Assembly: GCA_963931445.1 (NCBI GenBank)
Contig: OZ007016.1
Location: 1,358,538-1,422,537, forward strand
DNA length: 64,000 nucleotides
Source of the DNA: an uncultured Clostridia bacterium
GTDB taxonomy: Bacteria > Bacillota > Clostridia > TANB77 > CAG-508
Reading direction: 5' to 3'
This document shows, piece by piece, positions 59,847 through 64,000 of this stretch (position 1 is the stretch's first letter; every line of letters starts with the position of its first letter). The position numbers and the translations under genes were made by a program. The notes below the pieces were generated by a model that was not told the origin of the DNA, did not search any database, and saw only the letters and a program-made list of their open reading frames with translations.

Positions 59847-59995
59847 TTTATTTCACCTCTTTTTCTATAAATGATATATAATAATTTAAAAATCTGTATA
59901 TATAGCCATAGGCAAATATATACAGATTTTTTCCGTACTATATTGCCTAGGTAAGACTTATTTTAATGCTTACTGTCTTTGGCTATATTAAATTA
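59847..59995 (-). promoter_or_regulatory. rplJ leader with attenuator hairpin (L10-leader-like)
   Basis: Minus strand: terminator AAAATCTGTATATAT...ATATATACAGATTTTT about 60 nt upstream of rplJ. An upstream ATATAGCC can pair alternatively with GGCTATAT in the 3' arm of the terminator. Confidence 0.4.
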
Positions 59996-60003
59996 TTTTT
60001 TAT

Positions 60004-60687
60004 CTATTTTTGATCAATATACATACTTGGTCCCATAGTTGTTGATATAGCTACACTTTTTATATATTGTCCTTTAGCTGCTGCTGGTTTTGCTTTTATA
60101 ATAGCATTCATTATTGTTTCATAGTTTTCTAATAATTTGTCTGTACCAAATGAAACTTTTCCAAAACCTAAATGGATAATATTTGTTTTGTCTAATCTAT
60201 ATTCAACTTTACCAGATTTTATATCATTTATTGCTTTTGTAACATCCATTGTTACTGTTCCTGATTTAGGGTTTGGCATTAATCCTTTTGGACCTAATAC
60301 TTTACCTAATCTACCTACAACCCCCATCATATCTGGAGTTGCAACTATAACATCATAGTCAAACCAATTTTCTTTTTCTATTTTTGGTATTAATTCTTCT
60401 GCTCCAACAAAATCTGCTCCTGCTTTTTTTGCTTCTTCAGCTTTTGGTCCTTTAGCAAAAACTAATACTCTTTGAGTTTTACCTGTACCATTTGGAAGTA
60501 CTGTTGTACCTCTAACTTGTTGATCAGCTTGTTTTGAGTCAACACCTAATTTAACATGTAGCTCAACTGTTTCATCAAATTTTGGCTTAGGCATTTTTTG
60601 AACTAAATCTAGTGCTTCTTTTACATTATACACTTTTGCTTTATCAATTAGCTTTTCTGCTTCTTGATATCTCTTTCCTTTTTTCAT
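60004..60687 (-). CDS. rplA: 50S ribosomal protein L1
   Basis: [20 protein letters not shown]... Start after AAAGGAGG. Confidence 0.95.
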   Translation of the reverse strand: MKKGKRYQEAEKLIDKAKVYNVKEALDLVQKMPKPKFDETVELHVKLGVDSKQADQQVRGTTVLPNGTGKTQRVLVFAKGPKAEEAKKAGADFVGAEELIPKIEKENWFDYDVIVATPDMMGVVGRLGKVLGPKGLMPNPKSGTVTMDVTKAINDIKSGKVEYRLDKTNIIHLGFGKVSFGTDKLLENYETIMNAIIKAKPAAAKGQYIKSVAISTTMGPSMYIDQK

Positions 60688-60741
60688 TTTTACCTCCTTT
60701 GGTTCAAACGAGCTTTTTTGCTCTCCCAATTTAATTTAAAA

Positions 60742-61170
60742 TTATTCTTCTACTACAACACCCATAGATCTTGCAGTACCTGCTACCATACTCATAGCAG
60801 CTTCTAATGATGCTGCATTTAAATCTGGCATTTTTTGTTTAGCAATTTCTTCAACTTGTGCTTTAGTTAATTTAGCTACTTTTTCTTTATTTGGCTTTCC
60901 TGAAGCTTTTTCAATTTTAGCAGCTTTTTTAATTAAAACAGCCATTGGTGGTTCTTTTGTAATAAATTCAAATGATTTATCTTTGTAAACAGTAATTACA
61001 ACTGGAATTATCATTCCATTTAAATTAGCTGTTCTATCATTAAATTCTTTTACAAATTGCATAATATTTACACCACTAGCACCTAAAGCTGGTCCAACTG
61101 GTGGAGCTGGTGAAGCTTTACCTGCAGGTATTTGTAATTTTATAACATTACCAATTTCTTTTTCCGCCAT
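60742..61170 (-). CDS. rplK: 50S ribosomal protein L11
   Basis: [21 protein letters not shown]... Confidence 0.95.
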   Translation of the reverse strand: MAEKEIGNVIKLQIPAGKASPAPPVGPALGASGVNIMQFVKEFNDRTANLNGMIIPVVITVYKDKSFEFITKEPPMAVLIKKAAKIEKASGKPNKEKVAKLTKAQVEEIAKQKMPDLNAASLEAAMSMVAGTARSMGVVVEE

Positions 61171-61224
61171 TGTCTTCTAAGCACCTCCTTTAAATGAAAT
61201 ATGTATATTAATCTAAAAAGATTA

Positions 61225-61761
61225 TTAACTTATTTTTTGTACTTGAGAAAATTCTAATTCAACTGGTGTTTCTCTTCCAAACATAGATACTAATACTTTA
61301 ACTTTGTTCTTTTCTTTATTAATTTCTGTTACAACACCTATAAAGTCTGTTAATGGCCCATCTAATACTTTTACTGAATCATTAACTTCATAATCTACAT
61401 TTACTTGTGTTATTTCAAATCCCATAGCTCTTATTTCATCTTCTGTAAGAGGTATAGGATCTGTTCCAGAACCTACAAAGCCTGTAACACCTCTTGTATT
61501 TCTAACAATATACCATGTTTTCTCAGTTACAATCATTTTTATTAAAACATAACCCGGAAAAACCTTCTTTATATTAGTTTTTCTTTTTCCATCTTTAATT
61601 TCTATTTGTTCTTCCATAGGTACAATTATATTAAAGAAAAAATCTTCTAACTCTCTATTTTTAATTGTTTTTTCAAGGTCTGTTTTTACTTTATTTTCAT
61701 AACCTGAATATGTATGTATAACATACCATCTTGGTACTAATTCTTTTTCTTCTTGAGACAT
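61225..61761 (-). CDS. nusG: Transcription antitermination factor NusG
   Basis: [15 protein letters not shown]..., with a C-terminal KOW. Confidence 0.95.
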   Translation of the reverse strand: MSQEEKELVPRWYVIHTYSGYENKVKTDLEKTIKNRELEDFFFNIIVPMEEQIEIKDGKRKTNIKKVFPGYVLIKMIVTEKTWYIVRNTRGVTGFVGSGTDPIPLTEDEIRAMGFEITQVNVDYEVNDSVKVLDGPLTDFIGVVTEINKEKNKVKVLVSMFGRETPVELEFSQVQKIS

Positions 61762-61779
61762 AGTTAAGCCTCCTTTATA

Positions 61780-62157
61780 TTATTCTGCATTTTCTTGATT
61801 ATTAGACTCAGATGTTGTTTCATTTTCTATATTATTTGTGTCAGTTGATACTTCATTTTCTGTACTATTTGAATTTTCAACTACTACAGTATTAGTTGTT
61901 TCTGTACTTGTATTTTGTACCATTTCTTTTAATTTTCCAATACCATATTTATTTATACTTTCAAATGCTAAGTCTAATACAAATACAATAGCAGCTGTTA
62001 CTAATACAATTGTTATTACTGCAATAGTATTATTTAATAATTGCTTTGGTGTTGGCCAAATTACTCTTTTTAATTCTGCCTTAAAATCTTTCATAAAGTG
62101 CTTTTTGTCTTTATTTTGTTTTTTATTATCTTGCTTTTTATTTACTTCTTTAGACAT
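61780..62157 (-). CDS. secE: Preprotein translocase SecE with low-complexity C-terminal extension
   Basis: FMKDFKAELKRVIWPTPKQLLNNTIAVITIVLVTAAIVFVLD core, then about 45 aa rich in T/N/E/S. Confidence 0.85.
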   Translation of the reverse strand: MSKEVNKKQDNKKQNKDKKHFMKDFKAELKRVIWPTPKQLLNNTIAVITIVLVTAAIVFVLDLAFESINKYGIGKLKEMVQNTSTETTNTVVVENSNSTENEVSTDTNNIENETTSESNNQENAE

Positions 62158-62183
62158 TATTTTTTCCTCCTTAAAGGCATTTA

Positions 62184-62348
62184 CTATTTTGTTTCTTTAT
62201 GTGTAGTACGCTTTTTGCAATATTTGCAATATTTAACAACTTCTAGTCTTTCTGTATTGTTCTTTTTATTTTTTTCTGTCATGTAATTTCTTCTTTTACA
62301 TTCTGTACATTCCAATGTTATTGGTTCTCTTGCTCCTTTTGCAGCCAT
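62184..62348 (-). CDS. rpmG: 50S ribosomal protein L33 (below the ORF-track cut-off)
   Basis: Hand translation [64 protein letters not shown]. Confidence 0.9.
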   Translation of the reverse strand: MAAKGAREPITLECTECKRRNYMTEKNKKNNTERLEVVKYCKYCKKRTTHKETK

Positions 62349-62426
62349 TTTATACACCTCCAGATTTATTTAAGCTTAATGTTTTTTGCTATTTTTATAA
62401 GCGTATGTATCTACATACGCTTGAAT

Positions 62427-62455
62427 ATTGTATCATATTTTTTTAGTATTGTCAA
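62427..62455 (-). promoter_or_regulatory. Consensus sigmaA promoter for rpmG-secE-nusG
   Basis: Minus strand: TTGACA (62455-62450), 17-nt spacer, TACAAT (62432-62427). The 5' UTR then forms hairpin AAGCGTATGTA..TACATACGCTT (62398-62421). Confidence 0.6.
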
Positions 62456-62516
62456 TGTTTTGAATGTATTTTTTATCAATTTTGCTACCTTTCTATCAGC
62501 ACTCAACTTTTACACA

Positions 62517-63954
62517 GAGTGTGTAAAGTTTTTTGTGTAAACTGACTTTATACCTTTTATGATTTTTTATATGTATAATTATATCATACCATAAGCAAGA
62601 ATTGTATTATTTTTACAATTTTTGCTTTTTTATATTCTTCCAACATATAAAATTTCTAATTCTCTTAAAGTTTCTCCCCATTCTGGTACTCTTGATGTCC
62701 AGTTTTTAGTCACTTTTTTCGTTGATAAATACAATACTTTCATTAATGAATCTCTTGAAGGATAAACATTTCTTGCTTTATTTAATCTTCTATAACTACT
62801 ATTTAAACTTTCTATTGTATTAGTTGTATATATCATTTTTCGTATTTTCTGACTAAATTTGAAAAATGGGATTATTATTCCCCAATTTTCTTCCCATCTG
62901 TCCATTGCTGTAGGATATTTTACTTTCCATTTTTCAGTCACTTCATACATTAATTTCTTTCCTATTTCTTCATCTGACGCTGTATATATTGTTTTTAAAT
63001 CTTGGGCAAATGAGTATTTATCTTTATGTGATACATATTTTAATGTATTTCTTGTTAAATGTACTATACATGTTTGATGCTCTGTATTTGGAAATGCTAT
63101 TTGTATTGCTTCCTTTATTCCTGTTAGTCCATCACTTGATAATACTAATATATCTTTTAATCCTCTATTTTTTAAGTTATTAAATACAGTCATCCAAAAT
63201 TTTGAACTTTCACTTTCTCCTATATATATTCCTAACACTTCTTTTATTCCTTCTTTGCTTATTCCCATTGCTATATATGCTGCTTTTTTACCTATTACTC
63301 CATTTTCTTTTACATTAAAATGAATTGCATCTATAAATACAAATGGGTATATTTCTTCTAATCTTCTAGATTTCCATTCTTCCATTTCTGGTATTATTTT
63401 ATCTGTTATATTACTTACCATTTCTGCTGATACACTAAATCCATACATATCTTCTATGAATGTACTTATTTCTCTTGTAGAATTTCCCATTGCAAATAAA
63501 TTTATTATTTGTTGTTCTATACTTGATATATCTCTACTATGTTTTGGAACTACTATTGGATCAAATTCCCCTTTTCTATCTCTTGGTATATCTAACTCTA
63601 TTTCTCCCAAATTGCTTTTTACCTTTTTCTTTGAAGTTCCATTTCTATAATTTTCTTTATTTTCCGTTGTATATTCATATTTGTTATGCCCTAGATGTTC
63701 TTTCATTTCAGCTTCTAACATACTTTGTATTATTTTCCCAAATGATTTTTTTAATTTACTTTCTACATCAAAAACTGTCTTTACATCTCCTTCTTTTAGT
63801 ATTTCCTTCACTAATTTGTTCATTGCTTCTTCTTCTGCTAAATTTTTCTCTTTTTCTTCCATAGAAAAAATACCTCCTTGATATTATTTTTTATTATATC
63901 ATAAAAGGTATTTTTTATTTTACACAAAATTTATGACAGTCTCTTTACACACTC
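62517..63954 (-). mobile_element. IS256-family insertion sequence (about 1.44 kb)
   Basis: Terminal inverted repeats GAGTGTGTAAAG (62517-62528) and CTTTACACACTC (63943-63954), plus an inner GTGTAAA repeat at both ends, enclose a single transposase gene. Confidence 0.8.
62630..63862 (-). CDS. IS256-family (Mutator-type) transposase
   Basis: 410 aa. ...QSMLEAEMKEHLG..., FIDAIHFNVKENG, LSSDGLTGIKEAIQIAFPNTEHQTCIVHLTRN. Confidence 0.9.
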   Translation of the reverse strand: MEEKEKNLAEEEAMNKLVKEILKEGDVKTVFDVESKLKKSFGKIIQSMLEAEMKEHLGHNKYEYTTENKENYRNGTSKKKVKSNLGEIELDIPRDRKGEFDPIVVPKHSRDISSIEQQIINLFAMGNSTREISTFIEDMYGFSVSAEMVSNITDKIIPEMEEWKSRRLEEIYPFVFIDAIHFNVKENGVIGKKAAYIAMGISKEGIKEVLGIYIGESESSKFWMTVFNNLKNRGLKDILVLSSDGLTGIKEAIQIAFPNTEHQTCIVHLTRNTLKYVSHKDKYSFAQDLKTIYTASDEEIGKKLMYEVTEKWKVKYPTAMDRWEENWGIIIPFFKFSQKIRKMIYTTNTIESLNSSYRRLNKARNVYPSRDSLMKVLYLSTKKVTKNWTSRVPEWGETLRELEILYVGRI

Positions 63955-64000
63955 GTTCTACAAATACAAGCTGAGACGGAAGCCAAAACCTTCGTTGGTA

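Noticed and set aside
2405-63881. Many track ORFs antisense to strong genes. Examples: 2405-2665, 4987-5265, 7050-7247, 7576-7833, 8219-8401, 9520-9705, 14326-14721, 15786-16118, 16189-16542, 18020-18349, 18656-18865, 19044-19271, 20499-20684, 20828-21163, 21221-21418, 21567-22038, 22653-23099, 23253-23887, 24733-26082, 26357-26578, 29975-30298, 31119-31541, 33304-33618, 34533-34775, 35631-35831, 36739-37176, 38171-38612, 39669-39854, 40496-40681, 41757-42017, 42360-42587, 44354-45206, 45629-45910, 46550-46750, 47620-48030, 50553-50801, 52572-52835, 55682-55930, 59017-59250, 60137-60358, 61838-62286, 62859-63881.
   Set aside because: They are low-complexity F/L/I/S-rich shadow frames opposite well-supported genes in an AT-rich genome. 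They lack an RBS and any recognisable motif.
62509-63962. 8-bp target-site duplication for the IS256-family element.
   Set aside because: The flanks TTTACACA and GTTCTACA share only a few positions. A duplication is not supportable.
63955-64000. G+C-richer tail at the window end (GCTGAGACGGAAGCCAAAACCTTCGTTGGTA) as the start of an RNA gene or a truncated CDS.
   Set aside because: It is too short. I could not match it by eye to rRNA, tRNA, tmRNA or the EF-Tu C-terminus.

Overview
AT-rich (about 25-30% G+C by eye) chromosomal segment from an endospore-forming Firmicute of class Clostridia. The SPOCS/LysM morphogenetic gene, veg and yabG sit in the order I recall for Peptostreptococcaceae. Most genes are on the minus strand.

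Housekeeping content:
- sporulation genes: SipL/SpoVID-like gene, veg, yabG, spoIIID, spoVB-like gene, spo0A
- a fatty-acid synthesis cluster: fabD-fabG-fabF-accB-fabZ-accC-accD-accA-fabI
- mutS2, hup, rluB/rluD, tsf-rpsB
- a sortase/adhesin pair next to a two-component system
- mscS, trmB
- the rpmG-secE-nusG-rplKAJL ribosomal cluster, preceded by an IS256-family element

Main finding: spoIIID is split inside its HTH recognition helix by an 11.5-kb element (about 3358-14904). The element ends in a large serine recombinase gene whose ORF crosses the right junction. The two spoIIID segments (3240-3357 and 14901-15041) join into an 84-aa SpoIIID-like ORF at a shared CACA. The element has a Tn4451-like mobilisable backbone (TnpV, MobV relaxase with a candidate oriT, TnpX-like recombinase). 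Its cargo is regulatory and uncharacterised: an ECF sigma/anti-sigma pair, two tandem-RHH paralogues, a PIN pair, and an ORF-free structured region.

Other notable points:
- a non-homopolymer frameshift in yabG
- a 194-bp palindromic MITE-like element and a foreign antisense orphan gene, both inside the fab operon
- a stand-alone T4CP-like ATPase plus replication-relaxation gene pair
- a thioester-domain adhesin with TQ changed to TK and a truncated sorting signal
- no rpoBC downstream of rplL

No rRNA, tRNA or CRISPR array was seen by eye.
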